This document shows positions 7,942 to 17,848 of a stretch of DNA of 64,000 nucleotides, one piece after another. How positions within the stretch are numbered: the stretch's first letter is position 1; every line of letters starts with the position of its first letter. Source of the stretch: a virus (Duplodnaviria > Caudoviricetes); the IMG/VR virus record IMGVR_UViG_3300033069_000746, positions 2,681 to 66,680 of that record. One strand, 5' to 3'. Made by a program: the position numbers and the translations under genes. Below the pieces are notes generated by a model. It was not told the origin of the DNA and did no database searches. It saw only the letters and a list, made by a program, of their open reading frames with translations.

Positions 7942-8037
7942 AAGTCACCTCCTGCCCCGATGATCTCACCCGTGGACTACCTCGTCAATCCCTGCCGAAA
8001 AACATTCTCACCGCTGGGATGTAAATTTCCTTACATA

Positions 8038-8117
8038 CCGCTGAAGGATTTTCAGCAGTTGACACCGGTACAGTGCTGAAGTGCTGAATGGCTGTCAGCA
8101 CCACCTGTTTTCAGCAC
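8038..8117. repeat. Cluster of GTGCTGAA-like 8-mers in both orientations
   Basis: Exact copies at 8073, 8081 and 8110 (reverse); variants at 8038, 8051, 8094. Confidence 0.55.
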
Positions 8118-8486
8118 TGAACGAATGTCCATGCGGCAAATACTACATGTATAGCATGCCTTACACGAATGACATGTTAGACCTTGGCTTCACGTCTATC
8201 TCTTCGCCAGCCAGGCGTGTATCGCCTGGCCGATATTTTTAATTTATCTGGATTGATACCCTGCCTGACTCTTGACAGTGCCCCTATCCTAGTCTTACTC
8301 TGCGATGCAGAGTTAGACATAGGATAGGTCAATGGCCGGATTCATGTCGGGAACTCAACCAATAAAATAAACCTTCGGGCCGACGAGACCGGCCCGGATA
8401 GAGAAGGGCCTGACAGGAAGTAAAGCCTAGCAGGCCATACCAGCAAGACCAGTAATACATGTACGCAAACAGGACGGGTGTACACT

Positions 8487-8867
8487 ATGGCAGACCAAAT
8501 CGATTTCCGCATGTCGTTGAAATTCACCAAGGGTCAATTGGTGCATCCATACGACAAACCAATCAAGAACATCACCACCCTTGGTAAGCGTGTGTACGAC
8601 AACACGATCTCGGTTGGCACGACGGAAGAATCCATCGGCCCCAACTTCGGGGATATCAACACCGAGGGCATCTGCGTGGTTGAGAATCTGGACGCAACCA
8701 ACTATGTTCAGATGGGCTACTCAACCGGCGTGTACGGCAAGCGGCTGTACCCGACAGACACAGGCATTCCAGACGTTGGGTACCTGGAGCCCGGGGCCAC
8801 GATCTATCTGAAGGCCAACACGGCCGCATGCGAAGTGAGGGTTATTGTCTATGAGCGAGCAAGCTGA
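8487..8867 (+). CDS. Hypothetical beta-rich protein
   Basis: First gene of the rightward unit. Confidence 0.7.
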   Translation: MADQIDFRMSLKFTKGQLVHPYDKPIKNITTLGKRVYDNTISVGTTEESIGPNFGDINTEGICVVENLDATNYVQMGYSTGVYGKRLYPTDTGIPDVGYLEPGATIYLKANTAACEVRVIVYERAS

Positions 8868-9906
8868 TTTTTGGAACGAACCAGACTTTGACTGGAAGAA
8901 CCCGTCAAACGATAGCTGGGGGCTAGCATGCGAGTTCATAGAGCTTGGCAACCCTGAAGGTTGGCAGGGCAAAGACAAGACCGACAAACAGAAGGAGGAA
9001 CTCGTCAGGAGGGCAAAGGCGAGAGAGGCCGGAATGCGATGCCCGCTCCACCAGAAGATGGACTTTACGATTCGGTGCATAGAGAGGGCTTTGAAGAGGC
9101 TACCCGTGGAGAAGTGGTGCCTGTCGTGGTCGGCGGGTGACGACAGCACCGCCCTATCGGCTCTGATGCGAAAGTTCATGGGTATCAAGATCCACCACGT
9201 CATGTCGAACACACGACTGGAGTACCCCGAGACCATTCGTAACATGCACCGGTATAAAGCGGTACTCGAAGCCGAGGGCGTCCCAGTTACGATCGCCTAC
9301 CCGGACAAGCGGCCGATGGAGGTTTGGAGAGAGGACGGCATTCCACTATACTCGAAAGAGATTGCCAGCAAGTTCAGGCAGTGGGTCGCCACAGGGAACG
9401 ACAATCATCTGAAGCGGGTGCCGGACTATCTGCACGAACCTTTTCGGAGGCTCAAAGCAGCAGGCATCATGCTCACCGACAAGTGTTGCGACGAACTGAA
9501 GAAGAAGCCAATGCGGAAAGTCCACAAGCAGTTTGGATTCGATGGCAGCTTCACGGGAGTTCGGGCCTCCGAATCCCGAGCCCGTAAACTGGCTTACCTC
9601 CAGAGAGGAGCTTTGTACAACAGCGTTCGCAACCGGCAGTGGATATGCAACCCTATCGTCCACTGGTCGGAGGATGACGTTAAGGCTACACTGGCGAGGT
9701 ATGGGATCGTCCAGGAGAAGCCGGGGAACGGTACCGGCCGGTCGGGGTGTGTCAACTGCGGGTTCGGTTGCCATATTGCTCAGCGAGAGGGTAGTCGGAA
9801 CAGCCTCCAGCTTTTGCACGACACCAACATAACCATGTGGAATCGTACGATGAAGGACTGGGGTTTCGAAGAGGCTTGTGTGATTGCCGGGGTGGACACG
9901 AAGTGA
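8851..9906 (+). CDS. PAPS reductase-family protein
   Basis: LSWSAGDDSTAL PP-loop variant, NTRLEYPET, CCDELKKKP, GVRASES..R, RSGCVNC. Confidence 0.85.
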   Translation: MSEQADFWNEPDFDWKNPSNDSWGLACEFIELGNPEGWQGKDKTDKQKEELVRRAKAREAGMRCPLHQKMDFTIRCIERALKRLPVEKWCLSWSAGDDSTALSALMRKFMGIKIHHVMSNTRLEYPETIRNMHRYKAVLEAEGVPVTIAYPDKRPMEVWREDGIPLYSKEIASKFRQWVATGNDNHLKRVPDYLHEPFRRLKAAGIMLTDKCCDELKKKPMRKVHKQFGFDGSFTGVRASESRARKLAYLQRGALYNSVRNRQWICNPIVHWSEDDVKATLARYGIVQEKPGNGTGRSGCVNCGFGCHIAQREGSRNSLQLLHDTNITMWNRTMKDWGFEEACVIAGVDTK

Positions 9907-9985
9907 GAATCGCCTAACCAACCATTGACACGCTCACCCATCGACGCGAGACTTCGGGAGTCCGACTTCCCCCGGAGACTCAAAC

Positions 9986-12223
9986 ATGTCCTTTGATGAG
10001 CAGCAGTACCGCAAAGCCGCGGTACTGACGGCGGCGTATCTGTGCCGCCACGGAATTAAGATCTTCGTAGCCGAATACGGCTCGAAGAAGCCAGTGGGCT
10101 ACTGGACAGAGAACGCCACGAACGACATCAACGAGTTCGTGAAGAAAGTCCCTGCAGGCCCGTTCAACGTAGCCATGACCTTCGGCCCCACATCGGGCAT
10201 CTGCGACGTAGAGCCAGACACCGACGAGGGCACAGCCATTATCGAAGGGCTCATGGCCGAGGCCAACTGCCGAACCCTCGCGTACAAATCCCGCCGCGGT
10301 GTCCACCGCATCTTCCAGTGGACAGACCGCCTTGCCCCGCTCAACAAGAACAATCCGAAAGCCAAGGGTCTTGAATGCCGTCTCGCTTCATCGGACAAAG
10401 ACTTCTACTCGATATGCCCACCGTCGCTTCATCCGGACACAGGTGAGCATTACGAATGGTTGCCCGGCTGTGCTCCGTGGGAAGTCGGCCCGGCGCCGAT
10501 GCCAGAAGTTATCATCCAGTGGTTCCTGGCAAACGTCAGGCCCAAAGGACAAGACGCCAAAGAGGTTGAGGTAGGGCTCGAAGAAGACGGGTACCTGCCA
10601 CAGGTTGGTAACCGCCATGAGTTCCTGCTGGCGTGGAGCAAGAGTCTCTACTGCGACTGGCAGTTGCCGACAGAAGACTGCGTTGAGCTTAGTCGGTACA
10701 TGGCCCAGCGGATCGGCACGTACGCCGACCACGATCGCGGCGAGACTGAAGTCAAGAACCTGTTCAACAATCTCCGTCGGCCTGTCAACCACGGGCGAGA
10801 ACTCATCGCCGCTGTTGATATGCAGGTCGTGGCTGAGGCAGCCCACGAGGCCGTCGGCAAACTCCAGTACGTGGCCGCCACAGGCGACTGCCCGGAGATA
10901 CCGAGCCACATCTTCCCACCGCTGATCGAAGAAGCGAGTCAACAGGCAAAGCTGGCCGGGTACCCACGCAACCTTTGGCTGATGACGATCCTGACAACAG
11001 CGATGTTCCAGATGGGACAAGCGGTGCGAGTACGAGCCAGCGTGAATCACGATACGCTCGGCGGGCAGCTATACACGTTTGGAGTGGGAGGTTCTGGATC
11101 GGGGAAGAGTAAGACCATGAAGGTCTTGCTTGGTCCGACCTCCCACTCCGACGCTATGGCCACGGACAGCAGCCCCGAGGCGTTGGTGTCGCTGCTGGCC
11201 AAATACCCACGAGGAGTCCTGCTGCAGTTCACAGAGGGCAAAGACTTCTTTAAGATGTTCAACAAGTACAACACGACAGGGCAGAGCGACAACAGTCTCT
11301 ACCACAAGTGCTTCTCAGGGGACACTGTCGTGCGAGTCCTGCAAAAAGGCAGAACCGTTGTACGGAATCCACACCTTGTGGTCAGTGCAGCGATCCAGCA
11401 GGTCAACCTGAATCAGATGCCGATGAACGACTGTCTGGACGGACTGCTCCAGCGAATGTTCATTTACCCTATCGGTGAAGTACCCAGACGCGAGAGCGAG
11501 GAGGCCCTCGCCGCTCACAACGAGTTCCTGAAGACGTGGTACGAGATCTGCCAAAGACTCGGTGAGATAAAGCCTACGATCGGGTCACCGAGTCTGTCTC
11601 AATTGATTAGTGCCACTGGTCAGGTCGAGCTACCTTTGACGCTCACGCTGGACGACCAGGCAAGACACCTGTGGAAAGGATACGCCGAGACGAAGAAGTC
11701 ACCGATCGTCATGGCTCAATGGCCGGAGGACCACCCACACCGGGCGGATGTCGTGCGTCACGCTGAGATCGCTTTGAAGTTCGCCCAGGGCTTGAACATG
11801 CTGTGGTGTGCCTGCGACCCGGCGTTCTGGATGGCCAATAGCATACCGACTCAGCAGCACGGCTGGATACCGCCGCACATCACGCAGGGCTCGATCGACC
11901 TGATGGAGTGGGGCTGGCTGAAGAAGCAGAAGTACGTTGACCACATCGTCGAGGCAGCGTTTGCGTCGGTCAGCGGAGACATGTTGAAGCGTGAAGAGTC
12001 TGTCACGAAGAAGATGGACGATTACTTGAAGGAACGTCGCCGTCGCGTCGAGCGTGTGACTGACGAATGGACGTTGCGTGACTACTACACTATTCTCAGG
12101 CTGAAGAAAGTCGAGGCCCGGCAGGAGGTCGACCTGTTCCTCCGGGAAGGACATATCGTACAATTACCACCGAGCGAGACGCAGAAAGTCGAGCGGTACA
12201 AATTTTTGGGAGATGTAGAATGA
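9986..12223 (+). CDS. Bifunctional primase/polymerase fused to DUF3987-type P-loop domain
   Basis: N-terminal CDVEPD, GVHRIF, PPSLHPDTG; C-terminal GGSGSGKS, SPEAL, GLLQRM. Confidence 0.8.
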   Translation: MSFDEQQYRKAAVLTAAYLCRHGIKIFVAEYGSKKPVGYWTENATNDINEFVKKVPAGPFNVAMTFGPTSGICDVEPDTDEGTAIIEGLMAEANCRTLAYKSRRGVHRIFQWTDRLAPLNKNNPKAKGLECRLASSDKDFYSICPPSLHPDTGEHYEWLPGCAPWEVGPAPMPEVIIQWFLANVRPKGQDAKEVEVGLEEDGYLPQVGNRHEFLLAWSKSLYCDWQLPTEDCVELSRYMAQRIGTYADHDRGETEVKNLFNNLRRPVNHGRELIAAVDMQVVAEAAHEAVGKLQYVAATGDCPEIPSHIFPPLIEEASQQAKLAGYPRNLWLMTILTTAMFQMGQAVRVRASVNHDTLGGQLYTFGVGGSGSGKSKTMKVLLGPTSHSDAMATDSSPEALVSLLAKYPRGVLLQFTEGKDFFKMFNKYNTTGQSDNSLYHKCFSGDTVVRVLQKGRTVVRNPHLVVSAAIQQVNLNQMPMNDCLDGLLQRMFIYPIGEVPRRESEEALAAHNEFLKTWYEICQRLGEIKPTIGSPSLSQLISATGQVELPLTLTLDDQARHLWKGYAETKKSPIVMAQWPEDHPHRADVVRHAEIALKFAQGLNMLWCACDPAFWMANSIPTQQHGWIPPHITQGSIDLMEWGWLKKQKYVDHIVEAAFASVSGDMLKREESVTKKMDDYLKERRRRVERVTDEWTLRDYYTILRLKKVEARQEVDLFLREGHIVQLPPSETQKVERYKFLGDVE

Positions 12224-12260
12224 TCAACAACACGATCTTTCCAGACAGAAGATCAAAAAC

Positions 12261-12446
12261 ATGATCACCTTCTGCTTCGTCTACAATAAGCCAGCGAACG
12301 TCAGGTTCGTATGGGATGATGTTGGCCCCGGCCTGCACGTAACGTGGTGCGAGGACAGCAGCCTGATCGACTTTGTCGTGCGTGACGACTCTGGCCTGAA
12401 AGTACGTGGGATGTTTCAAACCCTTTGTGAAAGTTTGGTACGATGA
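12261..12446 (+). CDS. Hypothetical protein
   Basis: Coupled to the next gene. Confidence 0.5.
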   Translation: MITFCFVYNKPANVRFVWDDVGPGLHVTWCEDSSLIDFVVRDDSGLKVRGMFQTLCESLVR

Positions 12447-12637
12447 ACGAAGAACGAGCGTTTCCGGTTCCTAACGGTGCAGACGTAAACGGCCAACGAG
12501 GCATGACCCTTCGGGACTACTTCGCCGCGAAGGCGTTATCCAGCCTGAACTGGGTTGCCCGGGATTCAGACTTCGAAGATGACGCCAGGATGTGCTACAA
12601 GATGGCCGACGCGATGTTGAAAGCGAGAGAAGAATGA
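12443..12637 (+). CDS. Conserved small phage protein
   Basis: GMTLRDYFAAKA...YKMADAMLKAR motif common in phages. Confidence 0.75.
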   Translation: MNEERAFPVPNGADVNGQRGMTLRDYFAAKALSSLNWVARDSDFEDDARMCYKMADAMLKAREE

Positions 12638-14181
12638 GCACCTTCGTCTATGCCCGTGTATCCACGCTCGACCAGTACGTCACAGGTTACTCCGTCGACG
12701 CTCAGGTCAAAGCCTGTCTTGAGTACTGCCAGCGGTACCAGCTACCGCTTGGCCGTGAGACGAACTGCGACCTGCCGGGCGTGTTCATCGACGGTGGTAA
12801 GTCAGCGTATAAAAAGACGCTGAGCAACAGACCGGGTGGAGCGGCTATGCTCGGGGCTCTCAAGCCCGGAGACACTGTCGTAGCCACAGCCACGCACCGA
12901 CTGTTCCGTCGCATGAAGGACATCGTCACAACGCTTGAGACGTGGGTCGAGCACGGCATCTCTGTAGTCTTCACGGACTACCCGGCTCTGAACACCAACA
13001 CGGCCAACGGTAAAGCTATGCTCTATATGTTGGGCATTATGGCCCAGCTAAAGAGCGAACTGATGGGGGCCCGTATCAAAGAGGCCAAGACGATCAGCAA
13101 GTCGAAGGCCTCGAACGAGAAGCCACGGCCTGTGATTCCACGACCGGTCATGGAGTGCAGCACGAAAGACATGGCAGAGATCATCCGCCAGATCGCTGCT
13201 GGTCGAGAGCAGAAACAGCTTGACGCAATCAAGACAATCCGGGCGTACGTGCGAGTCAGTACGAACGACCAGACTGTCGAGAACCAAGTTGCCGCGATCG
13301 AGCGTATGATGCCGCCAGAGTTTTCCGGCAAGCCAGTGGTGTGGTATCGTGACGAAGGGGCATCGGCCTTTACCACACCACTGGCCAAACGCAAAGCCGG
13401 GTCAAAGCTGATGGCAGACCTGCAGCCGGGCGACCTGATCGTCACACTGCGTCCAGACCGTATGTTCCGATCGTTGCATGACTCTGCTCGGGTCGTACGA
13501 CAGATCGACGATGTCGGTGCTGCGATCATGGCTATCGAAGGTGGGTTCAGAACGGACACCCCGTTCGGCAAGACCTTAGTCCAGATGATGACTATGTTTG
13601 CCGAGCTTGAGTCGGCCGAGATCGGCCGGTCAACTAAGCATGGGAAGATGCAAGCGTGTGCTGTCAGCGAGAAGGCCAGGGCTGAGTTCATGCCGAAGTT
13701 CCTGCGTCCACCGGGAAGCAACGGGCTCAAACATTATGCTTTCCACGCGATCTTCAACGCGGAGGAGCGGATGCACATGTACCTTGAGTTGTACATGACT
13801 GGCAAGAACTACCGCGACCAGCGAACGGCTGTGCGGGTCATCTCGAACAAGTGGCTCAAGCTGAAGGGTCTGCCACCTGTGACAGGCGAGTTCGGCATGC
13901 CAGCGAAAATGTACGCGGCCAAGCTGAAGAAGATGCAGGAAGACGAGTTCAGCGAACGACGATTCAGGTTGATTACCATGCTGAAGACCTTTAAGCATGA
14001 CGTGATCTACCCGATGAACATTCTGACCATCGTGCGTACGATGCGTCGTATGGAAGCATTCCTTGCCGTGGCTAAGACACTGCCCGGCAGGCTGCGTGAC
14101 AAGTCAACCCTGACAACGATTGCATCGCAGTGTGCGGTGCCACAGGGCATGACAGATCTTGTGAGGAGGGTAAGTACGTGA
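12634..14181 (+). CDS. Serine recombinase with two tandem resolvase-type catalytic domains
   Basis: YARVST...Q...GDTVV..THRLFR and YVRVST...Q...GDLIV..PDRMFR, each followed by a T.T..G...helix E. Confidence 0.9.
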   Translation: MSTFVYARVSTLDQYVTGYSVDAQVKACLEYCQRYQLPLGRETNCDLPGVFIDGGKSAYKKTLSNRPGGAAMLGALKPGDTVVATATHRLFRRMKDIVTTLETWVEHGISVVFTDYPALNTNTANGKAMLYMLGIMAQLKSELMGARIKEAKTISKSKASNEKPRPVIPRPVMECSTKDMAEIIRQIAAGREQKQLDAIKTIRAYVRVSTNDQTVENQVAAIERMMPPEFSGKPVVWYRDEGASAFTTPLAKRKAGSKLMADLQPGDLIVTLRPDRMFRSLHDSARVVRQIDDVGAAIMAIEGGFRTDTPFGKTLVQMMTMFAELESAEIGRSTKHGKMQACAVSEKARAEFMPKFLRPPGSNGLKHYAFHAIFNAEERMHMYLELYMTGKNYRDQRTAVRVISNKWLKLKGLPPVTGEFGMPAKMYAAKLKKMQEDEFSERRFRLITMLKTFKHDVIYPMNILTIVRTMRRMEAFLAVAKTLPGRLRDKSTLTTIASQCAVPQGMTDLVRRVST

Positions 14182-14378
14182 ACGAAGAGAGAATGTTGAA
14201 ATGGTTTGCTTTTGAGCACCTGCCGATGCCGTTGAAAGACACGTCAAGAATGTTCCACGCTCTCGCGTTGGACATCGTCGAAAGCATAGAGTCAGGCCCA
14301 GAGCGGACGGTGGCTCTGCGGAAACTGCTTGAAGCAAAAGACGCGGCTGTACGTGCCAAACTGAACCCGGGTCAGTGA
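14178..14378 (+). CDS. Small helical-hairpin phage protein (possibly Acb2/Tad1-like)
   Basis: LKWFAFEHLP...GPERTVALRKLLEAKDAAVRA; family link recalled, not verified. Confidence 0.55.
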   Translation: MNEERMLKWFAFEHLPMPLKDTSRMFHALALDIVESIESGPERTVALRKLLEAKDAAVRAKLNPGQ

Positions 14379-14596
14379 TCTGATAGAAGCGGAACCCACC
14401 TGACAAGGTCCGCCCGTTCGACATGGATACGCCCGCCAATACGGATAGCCCTGAGCCGATAACGAAGCCCAGGGCTTTTCTTGTTTTGCAGCCCCAGCGT
14501 CGTCCAGTTACGCACAGTGTCATCCGTCACTTCGATGCCCTGCCTGAGTAAAGCCGCGACGACCTCCTTCGGCGTCATGTAAGGCTTCTCACTCAT
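14372..14596 (-). CDS. MerR/Xis-like HTH DNA-binding protein (start approximate)
   Basis: MTPKEV...VTDDTVRNW...LRAIRIGGRIHV winged-helix pattern. Confidence 0.7.
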   Translation of the reverse strand: MSEKPYMTPKEVVAALLRQGIEVTDDTVRNWTTLGLQNKKSPGLRYRLRAIRIGGRIHVERADLVRWVPLLSDH

Positions 14597-14831
14597 CGTC
14601 TTCGTCACCCTCGATCTCGCAGTCCATGAACTTCGCTTCAAGCCTCAGCGAAGCGATGCGAGCCAGTCCGATGCAGGTCCCGATAGACCCGCGGTACTCC
14701 ACGTTGTAGATGTTTGTTCCTTCAACGTGGTCACCCATCGAAGCGATGAGTAGTCCTGTCGTACGCCGCTCCAACTCGTCAATCATCTGGGCGGTTGTGA
14801 TGAACTCCAGTGGGTTCTCTTCTGAATCCAT
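14589..14831 (-). CDS. Hypothetical protein
   Basis: GGAGG RBS; acidic tail; resembles 28464..28691. Confidence 0.65.
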   Translation of the reverse strand: MDSEENPLEFITTAQMIDELERRTTGLLIASMGDHVEGTNIYNVEYRGSIGTCIGLARIASLRLEAKFMDCEIEGDEDDE

Positions 14832-14953
14832 GACTGCCTCCTAAAACCGAAGAATCCGAAACTGGCGTATTTGTACATTCATTGGTCTTGCAAGTCCAGC
14901 TTTCAAATGCTGTAACGCCTTCGGCTCAACCCCCAACACATCAGGAGAACACA

Positions 14954-15424
14954 ATGATCGTCACTATTCAGGGCGTTACGTACAACAGCGAAACCGGTAT
15001 CGTCACCAAGGCAAACGGAACACAGGCAGGGTGGGACTACAAGACTCATGCTGGCAAGACGTACCGTAAGATATACTTCGGTGGGAAGATCTGCCGGGTC
15101 CACCGACTAGCCGTGTTCTTCATGACGGGTGCTTGGCCCGAGGGCGACATAGACCACGAAGACGGCAACGGCCTCAACAACGCTTGGTCGAACATCCGAG
15201 TGGTGTCAAACGCAGAGAACCATCGCAACTGCAAGATGCTATCGGTCAACAAGTCCGGAGTGAACGGGGTCCACTGGGATAAGAGGTACAACAAGTGGAG
15301 AGCCAAGATAGGCCCCACTTTCCTCGGAAGGTTCGACAGTTTGGAAGAAGCAACCCGCGTTCGCCGAGAAGCTGAGATTGAGTACGGGTACCATCCTAAC
15401 CACGGCACCAATCGAAGCCTGTGA
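14954..15424 (+). CDS. HNH-AP2 homing endonuclease
   Basis: VHRLA...DIDHEDGNGLNNAWSNIR and SGVNGVHWDK...KWRA...LGRF..LEEA. Confidence 0.9.
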   Translation: MIVTIQGVTYNSETGIVTKANGTQAGWDYKTHAGKTYRKIYFGGKICRVHRLAVFFMTGAWPEGDIDHEDGNGLNNAWSNIRVVSNAENHRNCKMLSVNKSGVNGVHWDKRYNKWRAKIGPTFLGRFDSLEEATRVRREAEIEYGYHPNHGTNRSL

Positions 15425-15536
15425 AACCGAAGAAACCGAAACTGAGAAGAAAATCTGTAACTTAGTGTTGCAGTCCTGTCGCTGGTGTGTTCTCATTTGT
15501 GAGAAGTGTTCCCCCAGTATTTGACAGGAGTGATAC

Positions 15537-16616
15537 ATGTCGATCCCAGTACTACCGTCGTTTGCGGATTTGCAAGCGGCACAGGCACCCCCGGTAACCC
15601 CTGATCCAAATTTGACGCTCCGTTCTGGGGGAGCCAATAGCCCACCCACCCCGGTGTCACAACCGGGTGGGTTGGGTTTTAATACTCCTCCCGCGACACC
15701 TGTACCAACCGTACAACCTCCGGCTCAACCAACACAACAGCAGTTCAGCATCGCCGAGCTTGAACGGATGGGACGAATCCCAGTCGGCCAGTTCAAGTCA
15801 GAGCGAGAACTCTTTGACGCCATGTATGGTGCCCTGGAGCAGACTGCAACAGAACTCGAACAGTACCGCCAGCGACCACCTGTCGCACCAGCGGCACCTG
15901 TTCAACCGGCAACGCCAGCAACACCGGCTGTGCCTGCGGATGACCTGACCAAGATGGCTACGGTCTTCCAGCAGAACAACTGGCTGGCTTTGCAGAACGG
16001 ACAGTGGGTAGCGACCAACCCGCTGGCAACACAAGTTGCACAGCAGTTGAACAACCAGGCTTTGGAAGCACAAGCTCGCCAGGCTGAACTCGCAGACCCA
16101 AGAGCGTTCATCTCGAAGTACGGCAAGGATGTGTTTGAGCAGGCATTGAGTCCTCTGCAGGAGCAGATGAAGCAGGTGCTTGAGCGAAACCAGCGTCTTG
16201 AGCAACAACTCTCGGCGATGACTCCGAAGCCACACGAAACATGGATCAAAGAACACGAGGCCAAACTGTGGACGACAGATCCTGCTGGGACACGAGTACC
16301 TACCCAAGCCGGAGCCGCCTATCGCGATGCGTGGGACCTAGCAGCGAACTCGGGAGTGACCGACCCAACAGCAGCCCATCAGATCGCCAGCATGGCAGCC
16401 TCGGCCTATCTTCAGAGCACACAGCCTGCAGCACCACCTCAGCCTCCACAGCCGTGGCTACAGCAGGCCCTTCAACGCCCTCCTGTGTCTGACCCGAGCT
16501 TTAACGCCGCGGGTACAGTTCTCAATAACTCAGTACCTCCGCAGCAGCGGGGAGTGCCACTGGACAACCAGGGGTTCCCAACTTTTGCGGGACTGCAAGC
16601 CATCGGCCTGCAGTGA
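15537..16616 (+). CDS. Probable capsid scaffolding protein
   Basis: P/Q/A-rich with coiled coil, directly upstream of the capsid gene. Confidence 0.6.
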   Translation: MSIPVLPSFADLQAAQAPPVTPDPNLTLRSGGANSPPTPVSQPGGLGFNTPPATPVPTVQPPAQPTQQQFSIAELERMGRIPVGQFKSERELFDAMYGALEQTATELEQYRQRPPVAPAAPVQPATPATPAVPADDLTKMATVFQQNNWLALQNGQWVATNPLATQVAQQLNNQALEAQARQAELADPRAFISKYGKDVFEQALSPLQEQMKQVLERNQRLEQQLSAMTPKPHETWIKEHEAKLWTTDPAGTRVPTQAGAAYRDAWDLAANSGVTDPTAAHQIASMAASAYLQSTQPAAPPQPPQPWLQQALQRPPVSDPSFNAAGTVLNNSVPPQQRGVPLDNQGFPTFAGLQAIGLQ

Positions 16617-16636
16617 CAACCAAATCGGAGTAAATC

Positions 16637-17782
16637 ATGGCTCACAGTCTCGTCCCGCCATCAGTCACAGGGCATATCAACTCTGTCCGCGACTTGGCAC
16701 CACGTTACTGGAAAGAAGTATCGGACCTCACTGTCCGAAACTATCTGACCTTCTACAACCTGCGTAAGTACGGCTCAATGACGTTCAACGCCCGGTCTCA
16801 CAGCCAGGTCTGGAACGCTCGCGTTAAGCAACCGCAGGTGCTGCCAAGCGTCGACAATCAGCCGATCGAGTTCGCGAACACCGACACGGACATTCAGTTC
16901 TACATCGGTATCAAAGGCTACCGCGGGTCGGACTTCCTGCCAGAGCAGGAGTTCCTGCAGGCTCAGGGTGCTCCTGAGCAGATCAGTGACCGCTACTCTC
17001 GCAAGAGCAAAGAACTCGCTCAGGCGATGCAGGAACGCCTCTGCAACGCTTACTGGAAAGACGGCAACGTATCGGCCAACGCCTACGACTTCGCGGGTAT
17101 CAAGACCCCACTGTCGTACGCTGCAAGTACTTGCGGTGCTGCGGACTTGATCGCCCAGCCGGACGGTACTTACGCTGGTCAGTCCTGTGTGCTGGGTAAC
17201 CTTGGTGGAACCTGGTCGAGCGGCATGGCCACAAAGCCGAACGCTAACCTTGCGAAGGACTGGCCTTTCGGTCAGGGCTCAAGCGAGTACGATGGCACCT
17301 CACCAGTGATCGTCAACTACGCTGCAACTGGTTGGGGCACTGGTGCAACCGACTGGGCAACAAACGCCATCGCTGCAACCAGCTATGCTCAGACAGCAAT
17401 GCTGCACCGCGGTGGTCAATCAATGGTCGGTGCTCAGCCGAACGTCTGCATGGCGTCCGAAATGTTCACGGACTTCAAGGACAGCTTCCGCCAGAACAAC
17501 CGACAGATCATGCCGTTCCGCGACGGCGATCTCGGTTTCCCAGGTGAGACTCTTCAGGTCGACGGTATGGTCTACATGATGGACTACGCCATCCCTGTCG
17601 GTGAAGCCTACATGTACCTGCCACAGTACGTGGAAGCGTTCTTCCTGCACAACGACATCTACGGTGTCATGGGTCCTGAGTACAGCATCCCACACGTTGG
17701 ATACCTGTACTACATCAGCACCTACGGCAACTTCAAATTCCTGCCAAAGTACCTCTGCCGCTTCGTGTCAGAGACTGCCTGA
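16637..17782 (+). CDS. Major capsid protein
   Basis: 381 aa, strongly C-ending codon usage, follows scaffold, followed by hairpin and decoration-like gene. Confidence 0.75.
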   Translation: MAHSLVPPSVTGHINSVRDLAPRYWKEVSDLTVRNYLTFYNLRKYGSMTFNARSHSQVWNARVKQPQVLPSVDNQPIEFANTDTDIQFYIGIKGYRGSDFLPEQEFLQAQGAPEQISDRYSRKSKELAQAMQERLCNAYWKDGNVSANAYDFAGIKTPLSYAASTCGAADLIAQPDGTYAGQSCVLGNLGGTWSSGMATKPNANLAKDWPFGQGSSEYDGTSPVIVNYAATGWGTGATDWATNAIAATSYAQTAMLHRGGQSMVGAQPNVCMASEMFTDFKDSFRQNNRQIMPFRDGDLGFPGETLQVDGMVYMMDYAIPVGEAYMYLPQYVEAFFLHNDIYGVMGPEYSIPHVGYLYYISTYGNFKFLPKYLCRFVSETA

Positions 17783-17793
17783 TCATAAGTGAC

Positions 17794-17820
17794 GCCCGGC
17801 TTCGGCCGGGCCTCCTTTCT
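17794..17820 (+). terminator. UUCG hairpin after capsid gene (weak terminator or stabiliser)
   Basis: GCCCGGC-TTCG-GCCGGGC then CTCCTTTCT. Confidence 0.55.
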
Positions 17821-17848
17821 TTCGAATTCAATCTCTACGGAGTTTCAG

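Noticed and set aside
8272-8295. Sigma70 promoter at TTGACA 8272
   Set aside because: Nearest -10-like hexamer is only 12 nt away, so it was not called.
12437-14190. MNEER start repeated in genes flanking the recombinase as a target-site duplication
   Set aside because: Only about 12 identical bases with interruptions; compatible with chance or shared translation starts.
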